A DNA stretch of 54,769 bases, from contig JAACDG010000070.1 of the NCBI GenBank assembly GCA_009937025.1, forward strand, positions 1 to 54,769, written 5' to 3'. A program made the translations under genes and the position numbers. The notes beneath the pieces were generated by a model. That model did not search any database. It saw nothing but the letters and a program-made list of their open reading frames with translations, and had not been told where the DNA came from. This DNA is from Methanobacteriota archaeon. GTDB lineage: Archaea > Thermoplasmatota > Poseidoniia > Poseidoniales > Poseidoniaceae. Positions 47,301 to 54,769 of the stretch are shown here, piece by piece (the stretch's first letter is position 1; each line of letters begins with the position of its first letter).

Positions 47301-50124
47301 ACCATTGGTATTCACATAGATTTGCGAGACCGTCGCGGTCCGCATCCCAAAATGCGTCTTCAGCACGATTAGGGTCAAGTGTCCAATTATTTCCTCCGGT
47401 AAATGAAGAGCCAACCCAGCGACGGTGCTCAATTTCCCAACCATCGGGCATACCATCTTGGTCGCTGTCGAAATTTGTCGGGTCCGTGCCTCGGTCGTTG
47501 CTTGAAAGACCCAGATACGTGGCATTTGCTGCTTGACCTGCTGCATCATCACAAATATATTCCATTTGGACGGTATAGTGGCACCAAAGAGTTGAGTTTT
47601 CATAGAAGAAGCCGAAATATTCGTTTCCATCTCCTAAGCCATCCCCATCGCTGTCGCCGACACGAGGATTAGTGGAATTGTAACCATTTGGGGTTTGGCT
47701 GACAAATCTATATTCATCCAAATTTGTCCAAAGTCGTTCTAAAAAGCCATCACCAGATTGGTCAAGGTCGATGCCATCTCCGTCGGTATCAAAAATCGAA
47801 TCCCAAGGATCTGTTGGATCCAATCCATTGGCAACCTCCCAACCATCAGGCATTCCGTCGTTATCGGAATCATTCGCGCCTGGATTCATCAATTCAAGAT
47901 TTGCATATTGTCCTGGTGATGAACCCGTGAAGATGGTCGTATTGCCGTCGAGAGTCAAGGTTTGGAGTGCGACGATTTCACCAAATACTGCTTCCTGTTT
48001 CTGGAATCCGTATACGGCAGAATAATCGCCTGAAATAGCCCACAAGCCCTTGTCTGAACCAACGAGAATTTCATCTCCAGTTGGAAGAAGAGAATGGATG
48101 TTATTGTAGTCGCGAATATATCGGCCATCGATACCCGGATGTTCGAGTAAACCGCTGTGAGAAATTGTATTATCAACGAGGTGGAGCATATGGACGCCTG
48201 AAGGAGTTCCAAACCACAAGACCTGTGCATTGCTTGAAGTCGGCCCGTCAAGAGTCATACTCCGTACTTCAGCAGGATTCGCTACTGTTCCAAGAGAAAG
48301 TGAGCGCAATTCATCGATTGCTGTAGGAAATGGTGTTGATTCAGGAGTGTAATAAAACCTCCACGTTGGTTCAAAAGCACCACGAGCGGTCGTCGTTTCG
48401 CCAATGATCAAGCCTCTATCTGTGCCGACATACAGTGTGTTGTTCCCCCCACCTGCAGAACCATGTGCAATTCCTGTAACCTTTGCATTTGATTGACTCA
48501 AAGCGGTTTGCAGTCCAATAGCAATTTCATATTGTTGTGCAATTTGAGAAGAGGAAGAAATCTCGAATACAGAACCTTCACCGGCTTGACCTAATCCAAG
48601 AATATGTTTGTTTTGCCCTTCAATATTCAAAAGGGTGAGCGCAAAAATTTCTTCTGAAAGAGACCATGCCCATGTTTCAAGAGGACCAAGGTCGCCATCT
48701 GCTTGAAGTGGAGCAATCGCAATACCCACGTTTGTAGCAATCGCTAATGCGAAACTAGAATCTTGGATGGATAGAAGGGTTGAATCGTGTAATTCTACGC
48801 CTTGAGGCATCCAATGGTCGGAACTCGACATCTCTTCATAATTGAAAACCGTCAAACCATACCGCGTAGTAGCATAGAGCATTGAACCATCTTCATCAAG
48901 GTCGCGTATGTCATGATGAATGAGACTCATATCATCTGCTGTTGCAACAAAACTCAACGGGAAAAATTGATGTGTATTTTCTTGATTTCCAAGTGAAACC
49001 GATTTCATACCGGGCAACACAGAATTGCCATTATCCTCGTGAACAAAATATTCTTCCAATGTTGAAAGTGATTCTCCAAGGGCAAGAGCTGTCAACGTCC
49101 GACTGACGTCAGGAGATATGCCGCCATCACGGTTGGCATCCCAGCCATCCAAGTCAGGGTCAAGCAAGGCATTGGTGCGATTAAGTGGTTCAAGACCAAA
49201 ATGAACTTCCCAACCGTCAGGAATTCCATCGCCGAATGAAGGGAATAGGCGACGAATCGAAAATCCATCCCAATGGTAGCGGTCCGAATCTGCGAGCAGC
49301 GGGTCGGTTCCAAGCCAAAGGTCTTCGTCAATGACCATGGTAGCGTTTTCAGTACAAGCAGAGAGTAAATTCTCGAATGTCGCATTTGGACCGGTCGGAA
49401 TAAATGGCCAGTTCTTGAACACAGAGCCCTCTGGTAGACTTGCCGAACACCACATTCCATCCAATTCCGTCGTATGATTTAACGGCGCTCCATGAATATA
49501 TTCTTCCGGTGAGGAATAACGTTCCGTCGTCGACAAAACTCCATCTCTATTGACGTCGAAACCATCCTCGTCGGGGTCGTCATAAAGATCTGAACCATTG
49601 AGAGGGTCAAAGTTTTGGCATTCATATTTCAATGAAAAGATGTTGAAACCACCAACTCTCTCACACATGTAAGCTTCATACCCGTCAGGCATTCCATCGC
49701 CATCCGTATCTGCAATTCGAGGATCCAGGTAGCTCCGTTCACCTTCGTTGTCAACTGTGCCTGTGAGCCCACGTGGAAATCCAGGGGCTGTACAATTTGC
49801 TGGATATGGCCAACAATACTCCTCTGTAGCATTCAAACCATCACGGTCAAAATCAACAAAAGCATCCGAGGCATTGTTACTGTTCATGCCCTGCATAACA
49901 ACTGCACGACCATCAACAGAACTCCAATTCATCCATTCTTCAAAGAGGTTTTCGTGGACATCGGGAATTTTATCTCCATCGCTATCGGTGGAAGGTGGTT
50001 TAGAACCGTCAGTGGTATCTGGATGTAGATTTGATACCGATGAAACAGCCGGAAATTGTGACATAAACACTAGACTTGCAACAACTGCAAGAGTAGTTAG
50101 AAGAGTGGTTAAACTTCGACGCAT
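44371..50124 (-). CDS. Giant secreted Ca-binding repeat protein (~1917 aa; DxDxDG/TSP3-like repeats around a beta-propeller)
   Basis: N-terminal signal or anchor MRRSLTTLLTTLAVVASLVF; roughly 25 DxDxDG-type motifs, many DSDxDGMPDGWE; central blades LYVGTDRGL, LWFGTPSGV, ILVGSDKGL; no C-terminal TM. Confidence 0.85.
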   Translation of the reverse strand: MRRSLTTLLTTLAVVASLVFMSQFPAVSSVSNLHPDTTDGSKPPSTDSDGDKIPDVHENLFEEWMNWSSVDGRAVVMQGMNSNNASDAFVDFDRDGLNATEEYCWPYPANCTAPGFPRGLTGTVDNEGERSYLDPRIADTDGDGMPDGYEAYMCERVGGFNIFSLKYECQNFDPLNGSDLYDDPDEDGFDVNRDGVLSTTERYSSPEEYIHGAPLNHTTELDGMWCSASLPEGSVFKNWPFIPTGPNATFENLLSACTENATMVIDEDLWLGTDPLLADSDRYHWDGFSIRRLFPSFGDGIPDGWEVHFGLEPLNRTNALLDPDLDGWDANRDGGISPDVSRTLTALALGESLSTLEEYFVHEDNGNSVLPGMKSVSLGNQENTHQFFPLSFVATADDMSLIHHDIRDLDEDGSMLYATTRYGLTVFNYEEMSSSDHWMPQGVELHDSTLLSIQDSSFALAIATNVGIAIAPLQADGDLGPLETWAWSLSEEIFALTLLNIEGQNKHILGLGQAGEGSVFEISSSSQIAQQYEIAIGLQTALSQSNAKVTGIAHGSAGGGNNTLYVGTDRGLIIGETTTARGAFEPTWRFYYTPESTPFPTAIDELRSLSLGTVANPAEVRSMTLDGPTSSNAQVLWFGTPSGVHMLHLVDNTISHSGLLEHPGIDGRYIRDYNNIHSLLPTGDEILVGSDKGLWAISGDYSAVYGFQKQEAVFGEIVALQTLTLDGNTTIFTGSSPGQYANLELMNPGANDSDNDGMPDGWEVANGLDPTDPWDSIFDTDGDGIDLDQSGDGFLERLWTNLDEYRFVSQTPNGYNSTNPRVGDSDGDGLGDGNEYFGFFYENSTLWCHYTVQMEYICDDAAGQAANATYLGLSSNDRGTDPTNFDSDQDGMPDGWEIEHRRWVGSSFTGGNNWTLDPNRAEDAFWDADRDGLANLCEYQWSLVRGAAIEGLLLESHGETINSSLEWFEPDPNNIDSDGDTLPDGWESGGSCTWDPSRQGVNPLNASDLFANPDGDGYDINHNGVLEDSEAFVNYLEFHIRSDLFNGNQTLDGVPIPQGFSTDLFINVSSFGIPEANFGERASGSVTALQSLTDVGSSDPLNADSDSDGMPDGWEVWFARWNVLEDAWTLNPLDPADRWEDADDDGMANWEEYNAIAPEYSETDQNRSSPQWFVTTVGSAFALQQWPGNTVEFSFGSFITSDQVNLTGWTSDPNNVDTDGDGMIDGIEQLFTSWNLTAETWTLNPLVPGDGGFDGDGDGLTDSQEFAIAIEAPVNGLDHPSDAPLLHIDGDAQQPTEKAQRVFNILITKETRGKRLLSDFNDWQAGVPPNAILSTLLGMSDPTNPDTDDDGMYDGFEYWFTEWDLEQNRWSMNPLIDSDVNLDTDGDSFDCDGDGNISMDERFSNLREWESRTYGKYTERFSVPVADGIINFGDDAMDAYMEELGLSPQQAQQALYTDFTSKSQSSADRMEMINEYNEDNFNRTLLGIADPTNVDSDSDGIEDGWEYCFALYGMEDVTTINHWAANPLNPWDVDYDGDHDGWYDRTVFDQPAEQGTWSGRVFSPGSSIIQSGLGDLPFTNWMEWDNQTRPDSNDSDSDSVSYSTVVSNGVVVYHEQDFNLSDGREVFKYGINPSDNDSDGDMLPDWYEYSRGWNESNDNYSSLLQIQVIWIDAATGGACSTDTSSCLPLSQQGAGGILSRPDFSSSWFTLNPADPVDANYDPDQDGNWDCSGAGCVYEPYTNFQEFYGITDSDLSSPNAVRLSGMIYDGEIVLEWWQLRAALLKIDSSGTSTENYMKLDKSFANDIRFAYLVDDKDTNFLVLDSSDDEVLMAGNRTDAWDIYYVGSPDTSPVRAVGEHEFGWYILDLDNDHIAEGTDPTNWDTDGDWMVDWFEVHDDEQDGIRGDSSPLRYDSRQTG

Positions 50125-50357
50125 TTTGTGACCTGCCTGCAAAGCATACGCTTCGCAAGTGAGCAACCCTCTCAAGCCACTTATGAGGATGATGGAGCGA
50201 TGTTCGGACAAGTCATCATTCATTGACTGCAAAAAATCCATCCAAACCATCGAATATTGAGCGTCGAATCTTAAGAGAAAGTGGGCGAATTCAAGAATTG
50301 CAACGAAGTTATGCGGTTTCTTCAAAGGCCGCTCGCGACCGGTGGATGTTGATTGAG

Positions 50358-51176
50358 ATGGTCATGACGCTAACGCACCTTGGTACAGGCAGTCGCGGGA
50401 ACGCGACTTTGCTTGAAACCGAACATGCAAAAGTGTTGATTGACCAAGGTTTCAGCGGAGCACAACTCGAGAAAAGACTTGGACGATTGAACATTCATCC
50501 GACAGATATCGATTATATCTTCATCAGCCACCATCATGGAGACCATGGCGGCGGTGCTGCTGTCGTGCAAAAACGTTGGAAGATGAAGGTGCAAGCAAAT
50601 CATCGAACCGCAGAAGAACTCGGCTTACTTCCTGAATTGACCCATAACTTTGAATCTCTCGACATGATTCATGTTAGCCAAGACCTCGCCATCCTACCAG
50701 TCCCAGTACCCCATTCGGGAGCAGATAATGTCGCGTTCATAGCCAGCCATAACGGGGGGCGTGCCGCAGTGATAACTGACTTGGGATCTTGGACTGATGA
50801 ATTGGTCACCCACGTACGGGGTTGTGAACACATTGCCATCGAAGCAAATTATGACCATGACAGGCTAATGAATGGACCTTACCCCTACTCCCTTAAAGAC
50901 AGAATTAGCGGCCGTGGGGGACACTTGTCAAATGAACAAACGGGTAGGTTTCTTGCCCAAGTATGCACTCCCGCTACCAAGAGCATTTCATTAACCCACC
51001 TTTCAGAAAAAAATAACCAACCGCATCTCGCTGAATCAACAGTGTTGTACCATATCGATGGAATCTTTTCGGGAGACATTACAATCTCTCTCCAAGATGG
51101 TCCTGAAGACTCCCATTATATTGGCAGAACAGTACATGCAAATGATGCTGAGTTCGTTCACTCGAAGAAACAGTAA
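50358..51176 (+). CDS. MBL-fold metallo-hydrolase (YycJ/WalJ-like)
   Basis: LGTGSRGN, LIDQG, SHHHGDH, TDLG, IEANYD, GPYP..LK.RI...GHLSN, THLSEKNN. Start 50358 or 50364. Confidence 0.9.
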   Translation: MVMTLTHLGTGSRGNATLLETEHAKVLIDQGFSGAQLEKRLGRLNIHPTDIDYIFISHHHGDHGGGAAVVQKRWKMKVQANHRTAEELGLLPELTHNFESLDMIHVSQDLAILPVPVPHSGADNVAFIASHNGGRAAVITDLGSWTDELVTHVRGCEHIAIEANYDHDRLMNGPYPYSLKDRISGRGGHLSNEQTGRFLAQVCTPATKSISLTHLSEKNNQPHLAESTVLYHIDGIFSGDITISLQDGPEDSHYIGRTVHANDAEFVHSKKQ

Positions 51177-51186
51177 TTCCTCAAAT

Positions 51187-51207
51187 CACCCCCCTAAGGG
51201 GGGGGTG
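51187..51207. terminator. GC-rich homopolymer hairpin CACCCCCC-TAAGG-GGGGGGTG
   Basis: 8-bp perfect stem about 10 nt after the MBL stop and just upstream of the pilin operon. Confidence 0.4.
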
Positions 51208-51224
51208 CGAGGGTCAATTGCTAA

Positions 51225-52310
51225 ATGATGCCGAAGTGTGTGCCGACTGTGAACGCACAAGCAAGCACTGTTTTGCGCCCGTCCCTCCGTCGGGACCAAA
51301 GGGCAGTAAGCGAAGTGCTTGGAGTCATCATGATGCTGGCCATGGTCATCACAATCATGGGAGGGGTTTGGGTCTTTTTGAGCCCTTATGTTTCCGATTT
51401 TGAAGACAATACAAATTGGAACAGTGCAAACGGAATTGCTGAGCGATTTCAAGACCGAATCGATGTTGCAGGAAGTGCACCAAATGGGACGGGCATTCGA
51501 CATACACTTGCTCTACAGTCGACCATGATTCAACCGATTGAAAAAGTCGAAACTTGGACGATTGCTGCTGATTTGACACCTTACGATTCGGTGGTTGTAC
51601 GTGATGTGAACAGTACGGCATTTGGTATTATGTCAATGAATGAAACTGCACGCAGCATCACGATTGAATCCGAACTGGGCATGGAAAGTTATCTCTTCGA
51701 AGCATCTCACTTAGAGGTCATCGTGAACCACACATCATCTCAGCAACATTGGCGGTCAGTTACGGTTTATGATGCGGATGGAAATGCAATTCACCGAAGC
51801 GTAACCTATCTTATCTCAGGCATTCAGATATCAACATTCTTGGGAATGGGAGAGCATGAGATTGCTTTGATGAATGACGCCCGTGTTGAACGTTTTCCGA
51901 ATGAGCCCTGGAAAGTCTCCCAATTTCCAAATATTGAAATCGATACTTTGGTCAATGGTGAACTCCGTCTTTCCTTAGTCCTTAATGATGTTCGAATTAA
52001 TGGCACACTCGGTTCGGGGAGCAGGGTCGGCATGAACATGCTTTCACTTGGCCCAATGACCTTGTTTACTGGACAAGCATACAATGTGAAATTCACAGTT
52101 GTTAACTCTCTTAATGACTTGATTACCCCTCAATACCATGACCGATTTTTGGAGGAATATACACTGAACAGGGCCTCTGGAACTTTGGATTCCTATATCG
52201 GCTATGCGCCTTACATGAGAGCAAGTGGCGCTGACGGATTTACTGTGGAAACGCAAGGGGCACAACTGTTCTTAGAAGTCGATGTTAAACGCGTGGAGGT
52301 CTCCAGATGA
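51225..52310 (+). CDS. Type IV pilin-like protein with class III signal peptide (Pilin_N-like)
   Basis: RDQRA|VSEVLGVIMMLAMVITIMGGVW. Start may be GTG 51249. ATGA overlap with the next gene. Confidence 0.85.
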   Translation: MMPKCVPTVNAQASTVLRPSLRRDQRAVSEVLGVIMMLAMVITIMGGVWVFLSPYVSDFEDNTNWNSANGIAERFQDRIDVAGSAPNGTGIRHTLALQSTMIQPIEKVETWTIAADLTPYDSVVVRDVNSTAFGIMSMNETARSITIESELGMESYLFEASHLEVIVNHTSSQQHWRSVTVYDADGNAIHRSVTYLISGIQISTFLGMGEHEIALMNDARVERFPNEPWKVSQFPNIEIDTLVNGELRLSLVLNDVRINGTLGSGSRVGMNMLSLGPMTLFTGQAYNVKFTVVNSLNDLITPQYHDRFLEEYTLNRASGTLDSYIGYAPYMRASGADGFTVETQGAQLFLEVDVKRVEVSR

Positions 52311-54517
52311 GGTCCACTTTACAGCGAGATGAACATGCAGTTTCAGCTGCTGTTGCTACTGTCCTACTGTTTGGTGGAGTTTTGTCAATCATTGCAATGA
52401 TGATGGTATCAATGATTCCGGTTATTGAAGAACTCGAAGGCTCAATCGAACGGCATGATATGTCCTCACAAATGTCTCTTCTCGCACATCAAACATCAGC
52501 ACTTAGCGAAACTGGAATGCCTGGTGATTCAACTGAAATCGAATTGATTCCAGTCGATGGCACCCTGAATTGGGACATGATGCAATCAAGCATGTGGTAT
52601 TCAGCCACATGGGCTGATGAAACGAGTTTTCGCGTGCAAGGAGCTTTGGATTATGATGATGCATTCAGTATCCGACATCCTGAATCAATGAATACTGCAG
52701 TATGTATCGATGACCTTCGACTTGGGCCAGCAAACCCATACATATTCACCATACCCGAATGGGTGGAAAGTGTGTCGATGACAGCATCGCCTGGACTTGC
52801 ACTTCCACTCGGTCCAATCGATATCGATATTTGGAATCAATCGACGAAGATTTCAGAGGTTGAACTTATGGTTGATGGAATGTTTACGTTGGACACAAGT
52901 TCTTCAGGCGAAATTGCAATCCACTCGTCTCACCAACTCCACCTACTGATTTCCACAGGTGTAGGGGGTACTGCACTTATGCAGGCAAACGATCCAAGTC
53001 CGATAGATTCCACAGGTACTTCTTGGTCCCTTCCTCTTCCAAGTGGGACCAATCAGATTCATGTTGTGAGTGAAGTGGCGAATCAAATTACGATTACGAA
53101 CCAAACATCAACTTCATACTATGCTTTGCCATCGAATCAAAACCGTGTTGGCGTCACATTCAGTCATCAACTCACACTCGACGCCACTGAAGTCGTACAT
53201 GTTACGACAAGTTCTCCTTCACGTTTGATTCTTCAAACAACCCTCGATACAGATGTTGGACAAATTGCATGGCCAAGTGTCGATGGCCAGTATCTTGGAC
53301 ATTCATTCATAGCACCGTCTCTTGAAGGTGAGGTCGTCTTCACGAACCCTGGCCAAAACAGTGTGACGGTTACATGGAGAGGTGGCGGTGTTTCTGTAGC
53401 ACCAAACCAAAGTATGGTTTTTGATTGGCCACCTGCAGATATCAACGGTGCTCCAATGCTGGATGCAAATGGCGACCTGTTTGTATCATGGAGGGCACAT
53501 ACCAATGGCTCAGGCATGCAAGTTGTTCCGGCTGATGACACTGGTGCATTATCTGGTAAAGACCATTCATTCCATGTTGATGGAATTAGTGCCAGTCAAA
53601 TTCACCTCGCACGGGCAGGAACTTCTGCTGAATGGAACATGACCGGAAGTACGATTGCCAATGGTACTCTTTTTGATGAACAAACCCAATCCACATTAGA
53701 CATCAACCAAGGTACAAGTCAAATGGAACTTGAAGCCGGTCATGCCCTACGATTGTACCATTTACGAGGCCAAGATGGTCTGATGCAAATACATCATGAT
53801 GGTGCACAACGTTGCCTGTCCATCGGTGTTCAAGCAAGCGGTTGGATTACCACGCAACTGCCATGGGAATCAATGGGTGGAAGAAGTCAAGTCGATCTGA
53901 AAAATGCTTGGAAGAGCGGCACCCACCCAGCGAGTATGCAAATTACACTCATTGGTGTTGAAGGAGCCTCTACACATGCGAATTTAGGAACTGTCTGGGG
54001 ATTCCACCTATCGAGACTCAGTTACCAATTCTCATCTTCTATCGTTGGGATGGAAGTAGCCTATGTAGGCGGTGCTGTGGTGACCAACCATCCTGAATTT
54101 GAATCATACATTGTTGTCCCACCATCAGACAGAGGTGGTCCTGGGCCGAGATTTGCCGCAACTATACCCTCACTTCATCCAACACAGAACAGCGTGAGTG
54201 GAGCAGGTTCAATGAACTTAGATATTGAATTAGTTGACCGTTCATCGCTTGCTTCTGCAACAGCATTTGAGGTTCGACGAGGATGGTCAAACCCCTATGG
54301 AGTGGCGATAGCGGATGCCTCGGCTGACGGACTGGAATCAAGTGAAGATTGGACTATTTATCCTGGGCGTATCGACTTGCTTACCGATTATGTAGGATGG
54401 GTTCCTGACCCGTCATACGCTACATCCGAAGCAGTCTGGCATACCAATGGAGAACCGATTCAATTTACCCTTCAAATGGCGGCATTGAATGCACATATGA
54501 CGGAGGCGATTTCATGA
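52307..54517 (+). CDS. Large type IV pilin-like/adhesin protein with class III signal peptide
   Basis: RDEHA|VSAAVATVLLFGGVLSIIAMMM; RBS GGAGGT; beta-rich insert. Confidence 0.85.
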   Translation: MRSTLQRDEHAVSAAVATVLLFGGVLSIIAMMMVSMIPVIEELEGSIERHDMSSQMSLLAHQTSALSETGMPGDSTEIELIPVDGTLNWDMMQSSMWYSATWADETSFRVQGALDYDDAFSIRHPESMNTAVCIDDLRLGPANPYIFTIPEWVESVSMTASPGLALPLGPIDIDIWNQSTKISEVELMVDGMFTLDTSSSGEIAIHSSHQLHLLISTGVGGTALMQANDPSPIDSTGTSWSLPLPSGTNQIHVVSEVANQITITNQTSTSYYALPSNQNRVGVTFSHQLTLDATEVVHVTTSSPSRLILQTTLDTDVGQIAWPSVDGQYLGHSFIAPSLEGEVVFTNPGQNSVTVTWRGGGVSVAPNQSMVFDWPPADINGAPMLDANGDLFVSWRAHTNGSGMQVVPADDTGALSGKDHSFHVDGISASQIHLARAGTSAEWNMTGSTIANGTLFDEQTQSTLDINQGTSQMELEAGHALRLYHLRGQDGLMQIHHDGAQRCLSIGVQASGWITTQLPWESMGGRSQVDLKNAWKSGTHPASMQITLIGVEGASTHANLGTVWGFHLSRLSYQFSSSIVGMEVAYVGGAVVTNHPEFESYIVVPPSDRGGPGPRFAATIPSLHPTQNSVSGAGSMNLDIELVDRSSLASATAFEVRRGWSNPYGVAIADASADGLESSEDWTIYPGRIDLLTDYVGWVPDPSYATSEAVWHTNGEPIQFTLQMAALNAHMTEAIS

Positions 54518-54769
54518 GATGCCATGAATTGAAGCAAGACCAACGTGCTGCAGCAACAGAATTGGGGTACATTTTTACTTTCCTTCTTGGGGTGCTGCTT
54601 CTCACAATGTTCAGTCTGTGGGCGTATGAAATTGAAACTGCAACACGTGAACGTTGGAATGAAAATGCAATTCAATCGAACATGGATGACCTCGCTGCTG
54701 CCGTGGAAAGAGCTGATGAAGCAAGTCGAATGGGTTCAGTTGATTATGCCGAAAAAGTAGTTTGGCGAC
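54514..54769 (+). CDS. Third pilin-like protein (partial, runs off the window; absent from the ORF track)
   Basis: ATGA overlap and GGAGG RBS. I translate MRCHELKQDQRA|AATELGYIFTFLLGVLLLTMFSLWAYEIETATRERWNE..., with no stop before the window end. Confidence 0.85.
   Translation, partial: MRCHELKQDQRAAATELGYIFTFLLGVLLLTMFSLWAYEIETATRERWNENAIQSNMDDLAAAVERADEASRMGSVDYAEKVVWR

Noticed and set aside
44400-50000. Repeated TCCCA.CC.TC.GGCAT DNA motifs
   Set aside because: They encode MPDGWE protein repeats with synonymous divergence; not a DNA-level repeat element.
50125-50357. Overlapping N-terminal extensions of the ORFs 44371..50325 and 50223..51176
   Set aside because: The signal peptide and MBL motif place the starts at 50124 and about 50358; this stretch is a divergent promoter region.
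54545-54760. 71-aa ORF from the track
   Set aside because: Out-of-frame shadow of the pilin-like gene that starts at 54514.

Overview
Compact, gene-dense archaeal chromosome segment. The gene set (type II GAPDH, archaeal PheT and GltX, uS15, Rpp21, ArcS, RNase HII with a PIP box, bacterial-type Adk) together with many giant acidic surface proteins suggests a Thermoplasmatota, most likely Marine Group II (Poseidoniales); this is an inference. Housekeeping genes alternate with large secreted or membrane-anchored proteins: an S8 protease, Ig-like proteins and two Ca-binding DxDxDG/TSP3-repeat proteins. The window ends in an operon of class III signal-peptide (type IV pilin-like) genes. Most notable: (1) three unrelated surface proteins end in the same post-transmembrane module, PP[LI]PxxGLPxGWTx[ED]QWxx[YF]Gxx[WY], a candidate undescribed sorting/anchoring/scaffolding system; (2) a ~12.5-kb putative operon of two giant surface proteins, a small helical protein and a lipoprotein metalloprotease; (3) a GC-rich structured non-coding region at the left edge behind an AT-rich promoter; (4) a subtilase with an atypical active site, a Pcp-Nudix fusion and a degenerate DHH protein next to rps15. 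I saw no tRNA, recognisable rRNA, CRISPR array or mobile element. Many start codons were refined by eye from the ORF track and are approximate.
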